NCBI GenBank assembly: GCA_002269645.1
Contig: NIVC01000583.1
Span: 124,001 to 188,000 of the forward strand
Source of the DNA: Macrostomum lignano
Lineage: Eukaryota
Reading direction: 5' to 3'
DNA length: 64,000 bases
Below are positions 25,440 to 37,690 of the stretch, in pieces (the stretch's first letter is position 1; every line of letters begins with the position of its first letter). The notes beneath the pieces are model-generated. The model saw only the letters and a list, made by a program, of their open reading frames with translations, did not search any database and was not told the DNA's origin. A program made the translations under genes and the position numbers.

Positions 25440-26464
25440 AATGATGGCTAGTTAAGCTGAAAAATAAATATGAATTGCATTAGTTATATCTATAACTGAA
25501 TTTTTTTAGTCAATTGATACTGATAATATATTTGACTAGGCCTAAATATTTTACTGTTTTTATTAGAGATAGGTAGCTATATACACACTAAGCAACATTT
25601 TCATATAACTAGGCCTAGCAAGAGGCATTACTGCCCATTTTGCAAACTCCTCTAAGCACACAAGCCTCTAAGTGCCTCCAAGTGCAATAATTACATGAAA
25701 AACCCCAAGCTAAGATCACAATTTAGCTCCAAAACTAGCAATCTAGCGCCCCCCTTCGGGGTGGCCAATAAGCAAGGGACAAATCCTTTAAAATGAAAAG
25801 AATTCTTAGGGAGGGGGGCTAGGAATCGAATTCTCATTTTAATTCTGGGGCTTATGTGCTAATAAAACATGCTTGTGTAGAATTTTAAAACTGACAATTC
25901 AACCATACTTGCCTTCTTTCAAAGCAATAGCGTACTACTTCTGTAGCGGTGCAGGCAGTACGCTCGGCAATGGCTGGAAAAGCAGCTACAGCAAAAAATA
26001 TTGTTACCCAAAGGCAACACAGTTGCCTATCATGCAGAGGCATCACATGGCGTTAAACAGCAATTCCTTCTTCACTTTTAAAAATCACCTTATTCATGTA
26101 AAATTGTCACGGACAATGATATTTGCTATGAATCTCTTTTTTCTAAAATTAACAAACCGACAACAAAATATAGCTTTCACAAAGATAACAGACATTCCAC
26201 CTAAATAGAAAATATTCCCAAGACAGCAAGTATCCCTTCAGATAGCAAGCACCCCCCTCCAAAAGTAAGCAACAGCAGATAGCAAGCATCCCTAAATACA
26301 CGTAGCAAGCTTCACCCCAGATAGCAAGCAACCTGCACATAGCAAGCATCCCCAGATACTGTAGAAGCATCTACCCAGATAGCAAGCATCCTGCAGATAG
26401 CAAGAATCCCTGAATAGCAAGTATCCCTGGATAGAAAGAATCCCACACATGTAGCCAAGCTTAT

Positions 26465-28806
26465 CAAGCGCAGTAATCCTTGATTTATTAAGAGCAATAA
26501 TCCTTGGTTTATCAAGTGCAGTAATCCTTGGTTTGCCAAGTGCAATAATCCTTGGCTTATCAAGAGCAATAATCCTTGGCTTATCAAGAGCAATAATCCT
26601 TGGTTTATTAAGAGTAATAATCCTTGGTTAATCAAGTGCAGTAATCCTTGGTTTGCCAAGTGCAATAATCCTTGGCTTATTAAGAGCAATAATCCTTGGT
26701 TTATCAAGTGCAGTAATCCTTGGTTTGCCAAGTACAAAAATCCTTAGCTTATTAAGAGCAATAATCCTTGGCTTATTAGGAGCAGTAATCCTTGGTTTGC
26801 CAAGTGCAAAAACCCTTAGCTTATTAAGAGCAATAATCCTTGGTTTATCAAGTGCAATAATCCTTGGTTTATCAAGAGCAGTAATCCTTGGTTTATTAAG
26901 AGCAATAATTCTTGGTTTATCAAGTACAGTAATCCTTGGTTTATCAAGCGCAGTAATCCTTGATTTGCCAAGCGCAGTAATCCTTGGTTTATCAAGTGCA
27001 GTAATCCTTGGTTTGCCAAGTGCAATAATCCTTAGCTTATTAAGAGCGATAATTCTTGGTTTATCAAGTGCAATAATCCTTGGCTTATTAAGAGCAATAA
27101 TCCTTGGTTTATCAAGTGCAGTAATCCTTGGTTTGCCAAGTGCAATAATCCTTAGCTTATTAAGAGCGATAATTCATGGTTTATCAAGTGCAGTAATCCT
27201 TGGTTTGCCAAGTGCAATAATCCTTGGCTTATTAAGAGCAATAATCCTTGGTTTATCAAGTGCAGTAATCCTTGGCTTATCAAGCGCAATAATCCTTAGC
27301 TTATTAATAGCAATAATCCTTGGCTTATTTAGAGCAATAATTCTTGGTTTATCAAGTGCAGTAATCCTTGGCTTATCAAGCGCAGTAATCCTTGGTTTAT
27401 TAAGAGCAATAATCCTTGGTTTATCAAGTGCAATAATCCTTGGCTTATTAAAAGCGATAATCCTTGGCTTATTAGGAGCAGTAATCCTTGGTTTGCCAAG
27501 TGCAAAAACCCTTAGCTTATTAAGAGCAATAATCCTTGGTTTATCAAGTGCAATAATCCTTGGCTTATTAAGAGCGATAATTCTTGGTTTATCAAGTGCA
27601 GTAATCCTTGGTTTGCCAAGTGCAATAATCCTTGGCTTATTAAGAGCAATAATTTTTGGTTTATCAAGTGCAGTAATCCTTGGTTTGCCAAGTGCAATAA
27701 TCCTTAGCTTATTAAGAGTGATAATTCTTGGTTTATTAAGAGCAATAATCCTTGGTTTATCAAGTGCAATAATCCTAGGCTTATTAAGAGCAATAATTGT
27801 TGGTTTATCAAGTGCAGTAATCCTTGGTTTGCCAAGTGCAATAATCCTTGGCTTATTAAGAGCAAAATCCTTGGCTTATTTAGAGCGATAATTCTTGGTT
27901 TATGAAGTGCAGTAATCATTGGCTTATCAAGCGCAGTAATCCTTGGTTTATTAAGAGCAATAATCCTTGTTTTATCAAGTGCAGTAATCCTTGGCTTATC
28001 AAGCGCAATAATCCTTAGCTTATTAAGAGCAATAATTCTTGGCTTATCAAGCGCAGTAATCCTTGGTTTTTCAAGTGCAGTAATCCTTGGTTTGCCAAGT
28101 GCAAAAATCCTTAGCTTATTAAGAGCAATAATTCTTGGCTTATCAAGCGCAGTAATCCTTGGTTTTTCAAGTGCAGTAATCCTTGGTTTATCAAGTGCAA
28201 TAATCCTTGGTTTATCAAGTGCAATAATCCTTGGTTTATCAAGTGCAGTAATCCTTGGTTTATTAAGAGCAATAATTCTGGGTTTATCAAGTGCAGTAAT
28301 CCTTTGACTATCAAGCGCAGTAATCCTTGGTTTATTAAGAGCAATAATCCTTGGTTTTTCAAGTGCAGTAATCCTTGGCCTATTAAGCGAAATAATCCTT
28401 AAGCTTATTATGAGAAATAATCCTTGGCTTATTAAGAGCAGTAATCCTTGGTTTGCCAAGTGCAATAATCCTTAGCTTATTTAGAGCGATAATTCTTGGT
28501 TTATCAAGTGCAGTAATCCTTGGTTTATTAAGGGCAATAATCCTTGGTTTATCAAGTGCAGTAATCCTTGGTTTATCAAGCGCAGTAATCCTTGGTTTAT
28601 TAAGAGCAATAATTCTTGGTTTATCACGTGCAGTAATCCTTGATTTGCCAAGTGCAGTAATCCTTGGTTTTTCAAGTGCAGTAATCCTTGGTTTGCCAAG
28701 TGCAAAAATCCTTAGCTTATTAAGAGCAATAATCCTTGGTTTATCAAGTGCAGTAATCCTTGGCTTATCAAGTGCAGTAATCCCTGGTTTATCAAGCGCA
28801 GTAATC
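26465..28806. repeat. 24-bp minisatellite with two unit types (aatccttggtttatcaagtgcagt / aatccttggcttattaagagcaat)
   Basis: About 2.3 kb; ORF-track translations repeat every 8 aa. Confidence 0.95.
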
Positions 28807-28875
28807 TAAATGTTTTTAGTTAGTCTTTTAATAAAAGCTTTCAATAAAAGAATTAAATTATTACTTTTACACTAC

Positions 28876-28937
28876 TTAGATTCGAACCCTGGTCGCTGCA
28901 TTAGCAGTCCAATCTATTCAGCTCTAGGCTAGCTCTC
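28876..28937 (-). other. tRNA-derived (SINE-head-like) fragment
   Basis: Minus strand reads tagcctagagctg (A-box-like), gactgctaat (anticodon-arm-like), gggttcgaatc (B-box); no complete cloverleaf. Confidence 0.4.
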
Positions 28938-29044
28938 ATTGAAGTTATAAATGAATTTGTAGCACTTATATAATTCAACACTCACACCAAGTCAATTGAG
29001 TAAAAGTTACACAAAACATTTATGACATAATCAATTTCTTAGAC

Positions 29045-29485
29045 AAGTCAGTACCAGTCTCTATTAAATTTAGCATTGTGGTTACGCAATATAAATCAAG
29101 TATTGTATGCTTACACACTCAATCTTGTGACGCAATTCAATTGAGTGTCAAAATTCAGCCAGTACACAAACAATAAATAAAAAGCCTATTGTGATGCAAT
29201 CTATTTCAGAATCAGAATTCAACCAGTCAGTTTTTTGCTAGCATTCTTACAATGCATTTCAAGTCGAAGGAGCTGCTTGACCTTTGCAAAAAAGCATGTT
29301 TTTCGAATATTTAATCCCTTTAACATCGAGTAATTTCTTAGCCACGATGCATGTACCATCACAGAAAAATTTCTGATCGAACAGTGCAAGTTCAAACAAA
29401 ATCGGTCCAGCCATTTTTTCTCTAATTGATCACATAGATAGATAGATAGATAGATAGACACAGACAGATCATTTTTAGTATATAG
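29045..29485 (+). mobile_element. Dispersed repeat, non-autonomous Helitron/HINE-like, copy 2
   Basis: Homologous to 905-1348; has an aaatcggtccagcc core, an (AGAT)n microsatellite and a 3' tttttagtatatag end, as seen in Lep1/HINE-type elements. Confidence 0.6.
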
Positions 29486-29910
29486 GAAAATTATTATATC
29501 TAAAATTGACCTTATCCATTAGCATATATGAATACTATAATAAACCACTAGACTATGCATGGCCTATAGGCCAAAAAATATCTATTAAAAACCATAGTTT
29601 TGCTAGGTTCCAAGAGATATAAACCCAAGCTCTATAGTATTATATAATATTAGGCTTATTAAATATAAAAATAAAAGTCAAATAGTATTATTTTTTGGTA
29701 TATTCAAAGTTAATTTTTGTATACAGCTTTATAATTTAAATATACTAATAAAGATACAAGGTCAAAGGCCAGATGATTCATACCAACATGCCATATGATT
29801 AGGTAAGTTGAACTTGAAATTTTCATAATCTAAATTGACAATATTCTATACTTTGACTAAAGGGATAAACAGTATATATTACTTTTAAGATATTTTCCTA
29901 TATTGTATAT

Positions 29911-30208
29911 CATACATGCGCAACCTCCAAAATTTGGTCGGCCGTGCGACTTAGTTTTAACAAAAAATACGACGTAGTTTTTGGCCAAAAATGCTACTTA
30001 CATGTAAAAAAACCTAAAGCAAAATTAACGCAACTTTGGGTAAATGGCGAGAGTAACTATGACTATCTTATAAGGCCGAAATGCATCATCAGCTACTTAG
30101 TACTACTACTTAGGTATTTATTAGGGTGGGCATTTTTGTGACTTCCTTGGTTGGCTGCCAAATCAGTCGGCCAAATCGGCCAACTTGGCCGACTGTTGCG
30201 CATGTATG
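29911..30208. mobile_element. hAT-type MITE (298 bp)
   Basis: Perfect 14-bp TIR CATACATGCGCAAC (29911-29924) and GTTGCGCATGTATG (30195-30208); perfect 8-bp TSD TTGTATAT (29903-29910 and 30209-30216); subterminal TCGGCC/GGCCGA repeats. Confidence 0.85.
30038..30101 (+). pseudogene. Degenerate 64-nt fragment of nuclear 28S rRNA (R2/I-PpoI target region)
   Basis: gggtaaatggcgagagtaactatgactatcttataaggccgaaatgcatcatcagctacttagt aligns ungapped at about 50/64 to the conserved eukaryotic 28S segment GGGTAAACGGCGGGAGTAACTATGACTCTCTTAAGGTAGCCAAATGCCTCGTCATCTAATTAGT (reference recalled from memory). Confidence 0.75.
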
Positions 30209-32325
30209 TTGTATATTACTTTAATTTAATATTCAAAAGCATATCATTTAAATTATTAATTTTGCATTTTTAAATATAGACCTATACATTTTCATTTTTA
30301 AAACAATCTAAAATTTATAAATGATAGGTACAACTATAATATATCAAAATGAACAAAATATGTAAAAATAGGCCCTAGCTTGCTTTTTTCCTGGCACATT
30401 GCAAATGTCATGACTATTCTGCCTCTAGTACACTAGCTCTGGCTCTGGCTACACTGCATCTTCCTAAACATAGTCTTGGTTTGAAGCCCCTTTTAGTGTT
30501 AAGCCTACATTGTACCATGTATGTCCATTTCTTTAAAAATCTTCAATAAGGTGTAAGCAATATTTAAATAAAACAGTAAAGCAAGAATACAGAAATTAAA
30601 TCTAACAGAAAAATATAGAATTTATGGATCCACTAAATCTGGAAGCTATAAAATGAACAGTCAATGCATACGCCGTCGCCATGCACATACAGATAGTGAC
30701 GCCTAGTTGCTTTGCTAATTCTAATCAACCAACGCCCAATACACAGTTACACACTGGACACTGTAGGCTTATGCTTATAGTCAGTGCACAGATGTCTGAC
30801 TTATGTGACAATAGAATTTATAGAAATTGTTAATACTAAATTGAAGGAGCAGGAAATCGACACCGGCAATCGGGTTTTAGATCCGGAAGAAATCAATACA
30901 AGTTAAAAATTAAATGTGCAAATTTTGCTTGCGATCGCTACGTTAAATGTACAGTGATATTGGCTTTTACTGGTCAAAAAAGTGAGTTTTCTTTTCAAAA
31001 ATGGAAGTTTGCCATACACTTTATTTGGGTGTCATAAGAAGGAAAAATAGATTAGTTTGTTTTAACTGACGTTTTCGAGCGCTTTTAAATGCATTATTTT
31101 CCTCGAAGTAAATTATTATTAAAAATATATTTTTATGATTTTACCTTCTTCAATGACAATAGTCTGTCTTCCTCACCACTACAATTACTTTTTATTAAAA
31201 AATGTCTGTTGCCAGTATACAAGTCTGTATTTTTTAATGCAATTAAAAAGCTTATTTAGATTTTTCTATATACTATATTTTTTCTACTGCTATCGCCTAT
31301 ATATTAAATATTCTATGATTGAACTAAAATTCTAAAGACTTAGACTTGCTTGATTTCCAGAAGAAACCTGCTTAAACCCTGTATTCAAATTATAAAATCT
31401 AAGATACTTAATATCATACATGTACTTTTATTTCAAAGTTTTATGATTAAATCTGGTGGCAAATGCAACAAGTTAATTAAAAATTAGCCTATTTAATATT
31501 AAATTTTGGATTATTTGTAGATTTTTTAATGACTCATAAACTTCAAAGTTCAATTACTCCTAGGCTCTAAACAAATTTTAAAATAATTTTTAGAATAAGT
31601 CTACTTATGTTTCTGTTTTCTGTTTTCAAAATATATTATTATCTAATTATTTATAGGAATCTCAGTTTAAAATTTATAGATAGCTATGTAATTGCAAAAA
31701 TTATGTTTAACTTATATTTTCTTTTAAACAATTTATAATTTTGAATGTAACTACGCTTGTATACTGTTAATAAAAATGTTTAAAAAATCTAAACTTAATG
31801 CTATTATTTTTACAAAAACCAAAACCTTTGTAGCTATTCTAGTATGCTTCTCTCCTTGTTCCTTTTATTACACTTTTATAATGTTTATCAGATATAAACA
31901 AACAAGCTATAAGTTAATTTAGAAAAAACAAGTTTTTTAACAATTATTTTAAATATTATTATTTAACAATTATTTAACAATTATTTAATTAACAAATTAT
32001 TTAACAATTATTATTCTTATAACAAATCATAAAATCATAACTAAGTCAATTAGAAAGTAAAATCCAATCAAGTTATCTTATGTATATATATCATATATTT
32101 ATAGTTTAATATATGTTTAAGTTTATGTTTATGTTTATGTTTATGTTTAATATAATAGTTTAATTAATATATATTCTTGCAGATCTTAGAAATAAAATTA
32201 CATCCTTTCTCTATTTGCTCTACTTGCTCTGCTCTAATTTTATCCTATGAGTTCATAGAGCAAATTATTTTATTCCTTTTGGTATACACTATTATTTTAG
32301 CATATTAGTGCCAAGACCAGATCTG

Positions 32326-32392
32326 ATGTCTTGCACACAACAGAGCTATGAACCACTGGATAGCTTAGCAGATGCGCAAATAGATGATAATG
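32326..32392 (+). CDS. Possible first coding exon of the TRPA-like gene
   Basis: ATG TCT TGC..AAT G|gtaagg strong donor, phase 1, compatible with the next acceptor at 32529; no homology recognised. Confidence 0.35.
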
Positions 32393-32528
32393 GTAAGGGT
32401 CCTCTGGCAATTTTAAAATAAATTGCTCTATTAACTTTTTTATTTAAGTCCAAACTCATATTTTTTAGTAAGCCTTCATTTTCATACATTTTTCATTAAA
32501 GTTATGAATTATAAAAATCCATCAGCAG

Positions 32529-32615
32529 GTGCAAGTATGCAACCTGCTTTGCCACCCAAAGACAGCGAAGAGGCTGGCCAAGATGTGCAGCAGGAAGATC
32601 TGGACAAGATGGAGG
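32529..32615 (+). CDS. Possible second exon of the TRPA-like gene (3' boundary uncertain)
   Basis: cagcag|GT phase-1 acceptor into an open frame (ASMQPALPPKDSEE..). A weak phase-1 donor at 32616 (gtgatg) would join the 32977 exon; the donor at 32732 is phase 0 and would not. Confidence 0.3.
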
Positions 32616-32976
32616 GTGATGCAAAGCCCCAGTTGGTGCGGTTCCTGTCCTCAGACTCTCACCCCGATACAGAGACTCAGCGAACTCATCGTTCAAAAGG
32701 ACATCATGCAACATTTCAAGAACTGCTTGATGTAAATTTCTCTTTTTTACAGTGAAGGACGCTGGTTTTTAGTGGCAAAAAATATTCATAGATGATTTAA
32801 AGTTCGGGGGGAAATGAAGTTTAGGGATATCAAGTTTAGATATAGTTATTAAGTTTGGGAATCAGAAAATCGGGTGACTCGAAACTGTAATTTTTTTGGT
32901 TAGGAGGGTAAATCCACCATTATCTTAATGCCACTTCTAGTGCTAATTAATTTCTCCTTATGGGGCAACCCTGCAG

Positions 32977-33347
32977 AATCTAAAAATAGCAACTCCGGTT
33001 GGCCCCCGCCGGCTCTCCACCAGGCCACCAAGGAAGGCCGCACAGCCGAGCTGCTCAGCCTGCTGGGACCGCCGCCAACTTCAGCTTCTGACGCCTCGTT
33101 GACGCCGGCTTCTACCGCCACGACCGGCGTCAGCAGCGGCGGCCCATCCGGGCGGCACGCCCTCATCGACAAACGCGACGCCGAAGGCTTCACGCTGCTG
33201 CACTATGCGGCCAGGAATAACCACAGCGACATATGCGAGCTGCTCCTGAAGCGGGGCGCCCGGGTCGACGCGGAGAACGCCGACTTCATGACGCCGCTGC
33301 ACTTGGCGGCTAAGTACAGGCGCACCCGGACCAAGGCGGCTCTGGCC
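32977..33347 (+). CDS. TRPA-like ankyrin-repeat protein exon
   Basis: ctgcag|AA..GCC|gtgagt; ankyrin repeats ALHQATKEG, GFTLLHYAARNNHSDICELLLKRGA and MTPLHLAAKY. Confidence 0.85.
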
Positions 33348-33409
33348 GTGAGTTTTGTTTAACTGCTTTTATTCCGGCGTGCCTCTCAGCTGCGCTGCAA
33401 TATCTGGCC

Positions 33410-34916
33410 TGGCACTGGCAGCGGCTCCCACTGAAGCATCGGTGGTTGTTAGGGGGGGGGGGGCAGCGGCTCCCACTGAAGTATCGGTGGTTGTGGGGGG
33501 GGGGCAGCGGCTTCCACTGAAGCATCGGTGGTTGTGGGGGGCGGGGGCAGAGGCTCCCACTGAAGCATCGGTGGTTGTGGGGGGGGGGGCAGCGGCTCCC
33601 ACTGAAGCATCGGTGGTTGTGGGGGGGGGGGCGGGGGCAGCGGCTCCCACTGAAGCATCGGTGGTTGTGGGGGGGGGGGCGGGGGCAGCGGCTCCCACTG
33701 AAGCATCGGTGGCTGTGGGGGGGGGGGCAGCGGCTCCCACTGAAGCATCGGTGGTTGTAGGGGGGCGGGGGCAGCGGCTTCCACTGAAGCATCGGTGGCT
33801 GTGGGGGGGGCAGCGGCTTCCACTGAAGCATCGGTGGTTGTGGGGGGGGGGGGGGCAGCGGCTCCCACTGAAGCATCGGTGGCTGTGGGGGGGCAGCGGC
33901 TTCCACTGAAGCATCGGTGGTTGTAGGGGGGCGGGGGCAGCGGCTCCCACTGAAGCATCGGTGGTTGTAGGGGGGCGGGGCAGCGGCTCCCACTGAAGCA
34001 TCGGTGGTTGTAGGGGGGGCGGGGCAGCGGCTCCCACTGAAGCATCGGTGGTTGTGGGGGGCGGGGGCAGCGGCTCCCACTGAAGCATCGGTGGTTGTAG
34101 GGGGGGCGGGGGCAGCGGCTCCCACTGAAGCATCGGTGGCTGTGGGGGGGCAGCGGCTTCCACTGAAGCATCGGTGGCTGTGGGGGGCAGCGGCTCCCAC
34201 TGAAGCATCGGTGGTTGTGGGGGGCGGGGGCAGCGGCTTCCACTGAAGCATCGGTGGCTGTGGGGGGGCAGCGGCTCCCACTGAAGCATCGGTGGCTGTG
34301 GGGGGGCAGCGGCTTCCACTGAAGCATCGGTGGCTGTGGGGGGCAGCGGCTCCCACTGAAGCATCGGTGGTTGTGGGGGCGGGGGCAGCGGCTTCCACTG
34401 AAGCATCGGTGGCTGTGGGGGGCAGCGGCTTCCACTGAAGCATCGGTGGTTGTGGGGGGGCAGCGGCTTCCACTGAAGCATCGGTGGCTGTGGGGGGCAG
34501 CGGCTTCCACTGAAGCATCGGTGGCTGTGGGGGGGCAGCGGCTCCCACTGAAGCATCGGTGGTTGTGGGGGCGGGGGCAGCGGCTCCCACTGAAGCATCG
34601 GTGGTTGTGGGGGCGGGGGCAGCGGCTCCCACTGAAGCATCGGTGGCTGTGGGGGGGGGCAGCGGCTCCCACTGAAGCATCGGTGGTTGTGGGGGCGGGG
34701 GCAGCGGCTCAGCGGCTCCCACTGAAGCATCGGTGGTTGTGGGGGGCGGGGGCAGCGGCTCCCACTGAAGCATCGGTGGTTGTGGGGGGCGGGGGCAGCG
34801 GCTCCCACTGAAGCATCGGTGGCTGTGGGGGGGGGGGGGCAGCGGCTCCCACTGAAGCATCGGTGGTTGTGGGGGGGGGGGCAGCGGCTCCCACTGAAGC
34901 ATCAGTGGTTGTGGGG
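33410..34916. repeat. ~37-45 bp minisatellite with variable G tract
   Basis: gcagcggctcccactgaagcatcggtggttgt followed by G-runs of variable length. Confidence 0.95.
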
Positions 34917-36299
34917 GTAGAGGCTGCATGCAGCTGCCTGTCTGGGAAACCAAATCTTATCTTCTAAAGTCTCTGTTTGCTTGCCAGCCTGGCAAACCGG
35001 ATGCCCGCATGCAGCAATAAATGCTAATTTATCCTTGCATTGTACCGCCGCCGCCGCGAAATTTGACATTCTTATCCGGCCAGCAGCGGCTGAGGCCTTT
35101 GGGGAATTGATTTTTCTGGCCGATGTAAAAGTACACCGGGGGCAGTTCGTGCAGACCCAGTTTTCTCTCTCTTTCCCATTTCCATCGGTCATCCGCAATG
35201 CTGCTATGTCTGTGCTTGTTTGTGTGTACTTTTAATTTCATAGCTCTATACGCTTGTGTATCTTAGATGTTGGACAGCACAGCCTCGTGTCTGACACAGA
35301 AAGTTAAGCTTGTAGCTTTAATGCCTGATCATTTATGCGACTTCTACTACCCTGGCGTTCTTGGTGCTAGGACCAGTTTGTCTTCCTGATCAATTCCTTT
35401 TAGGTTCCAGTGATTCTCCTTTGAGTCTGATCAATTCCCCTTGAGTCCTTGACCATCTGATCAATTCCCCTTGAGTCCTTGACCATCTGATTAACTCATT
35501 TGGCAGTGACCTTTTAGCCTATATGGATGACCTCGCTACAAAATATTTAATAATAAATTCATTTGTATAAAAAAGAATGCATGACTTCAAATTGACCCTT
35601 TTTAGATTGTGTAGAATTTGCAAATGTTTTCTTCTTGCATGCCTTTGGTCCTCTTTACCTGGCCTTTAATTCAATCAAATTCGTAAGCAACAATTCAAAA
35701 TTCAAAGCAAATTTATTAATTTTCAGCGCACAAGGCTGTCGGCTCAAACAGCCGGCAGCCAGAGCACCATCGCTACCCTGGCCTCGGTACACAAATTAAT
35801 TAATTAATGTGCCTCTATTAACCAGCCAGGTGTTTCCAATTTAAGATCAACTTGTTATAATATCACCACGCCTGTAGATGTCTTTCACCAGATATAATTA
35901 TAGCAAAGCTGTTAAACAGGAAGCATTATTAGTGACTTCATCCTTTTCACAGATTCAGCCTTTTTTGTGTGTGCCTTTTGTCTTTGAAATCATTTTGTCG
36001 GAGAGATTTTTAATTGGATTTCTACCTTTTAAAACTGTATTTTTGATCTTTGCGTGATTGCTTCAGTGTGCCATGCTTCTTCTTGTCCTTTCGTGTAATT
36101 TTCTGTGCTTTATTGTAACTACTGGTAATAACCTAGACTGGTGGGTCACCTCCACCTCATTGAATGATGCTTTATTCAAAAATCATTCATTTTAGAGCGA
36201 GAGCCTGACGTCTGAGCAGGAGGCCGGCCCACTGGAGCTGCATTCAAGTGTGAGTGATCCATTTGGCATGTTTGATTAATGTGAACCTTTGGCAGCCAT

Positions 36300-37078
36300 G
36301 TCCGAGGACAGGGAGTGGGGTGTGTACATGTACAGCACATGTAAAGCGAGATACCCAAGGACAGAGAGTGGGGTGTGTACGTGTACAGTGAGATACCCGA
36401 GGACAGAGAGTGGGTGTGTGTACATGTACAGTGAGATACCTGAGGACAGGGAGTGACGTGTGTACATGTACAGTGAGATACCCGAGGACAGGGAGTGGGG
36501 TGTGTACATGTACAGTGAGATACCCGAGGACAGGGTTTGGGGTGTGTACATGTACAGTGAGATACCCGAGGACAGGGAGTGGGGTGTGTACATGTACAGT
36601 GAGATACCCGAGGACAGGGTTTGGGGTGTGTACATGTACAGTGAGATACCCGAGGACAGAGAGTGGGGTGTGTACATGTACAGTGAGATACCCGAGGACA
36701 GGGAGTGACGTGTGTACATGTACAGTGAGATACCCGAGGACAGGGAGTGGGGTGTGTACATGTACAGTGAGATACCCGAGGACAGGGTTTGGGGTGTGTA
36801 CATGTACAGTGAGATACCCGAGGACAGAGAGTGGGGTGTGTACATGTACAGTGTGATACCCGAGGACAGGGAGTGGGGTGTGTACATGTACAGTGAGATA
36901 CCCGAGGACAGGGTTTGGGGTGTGTACATGTACAGTGAGATACCCGAGGACAGAGAGTGGGGTGTGTACATGTACAGTGTGATACCCGAGGACAGAGAGT
37001 TGGGATGTGTACATGTAGAGTGAGATACCCGAGGACAGAGAGTGACGTGTGTACATGTACAGTGAGATACCCGAGGAT
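36300..37078. repeat. 42-bp minisatellite containing the palindrome TGTACATGTACA
   Basis: gtgtacatgtacagtgagatacccgaggacagggagtggggt, about 18 copies. Confidence 0.95.
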
Positions 37079-37690
37079 AAATAAAACTTATCTAAATCGA
37101 AGCTGTAATAAAAGAGTTAAACAAATATTTGATCGCAATGCAAAGCGATAAAGTTAATGCATTTACCAACATTTTCAGCAGCCAATTGTCTTAAAGCAGA
37201 AGGTCTGTTGCTTCAAGCCTTCATGAACTACTTGTATTTGTATAGTAAGCTTACCTAAATTTCACTGACCAACTTTACCTTTGATAGCAAAAATTGAAAT
37301 TGCGGTAGCTACTAATTTAGGTCAAGAATTGGCACTATAAGAGTTATTAATGTACTAATACGATATAAGATTTTATTACACGATTATGAAGTGCAGCGCA
37401 GCATCAGAATCCTGATTTTTACGATTTTTTATGCACTACAATACTTAGGCACTTTGGCCTACTAGTAAGTAGCATGATGCAGGACAGCTTACGAATTGAA
37501 TTGGATTTGATAAATCTATTGGCTTTTAAGGCGTTGTTGGCGGACGGGAAACTACGTTTCTTGGAAACTTTTAGGAGGCCGGTTTCACCGAAAAAATACA
37601 TTACGGAGATCGGAGGTTTTCATATTTTCAGCACAAAAATTGTTATTGATTTTGATAGGCGTCAGACCCACTGTTCATCTTTTGATATGA

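Noticed and set aside
26312-28809. Leucine-rich-repeat-like or membrane-protein ORFs (SAIILGLLRA..)
   Set aside because: Translations of a 24-bp minisatellite; no LRR consensus.
30038-30101. Functional rRNA gene or group I intron remnant
   Set aside because: Only about 64 nt are similar, flanks are not rRNA, and the piece is diverged and enclosed in a MITE.
33310-34953. Proline-rich or collagen-like ORFs
   Set aside because: Translations of the G-tract minisatellite inside an intron.
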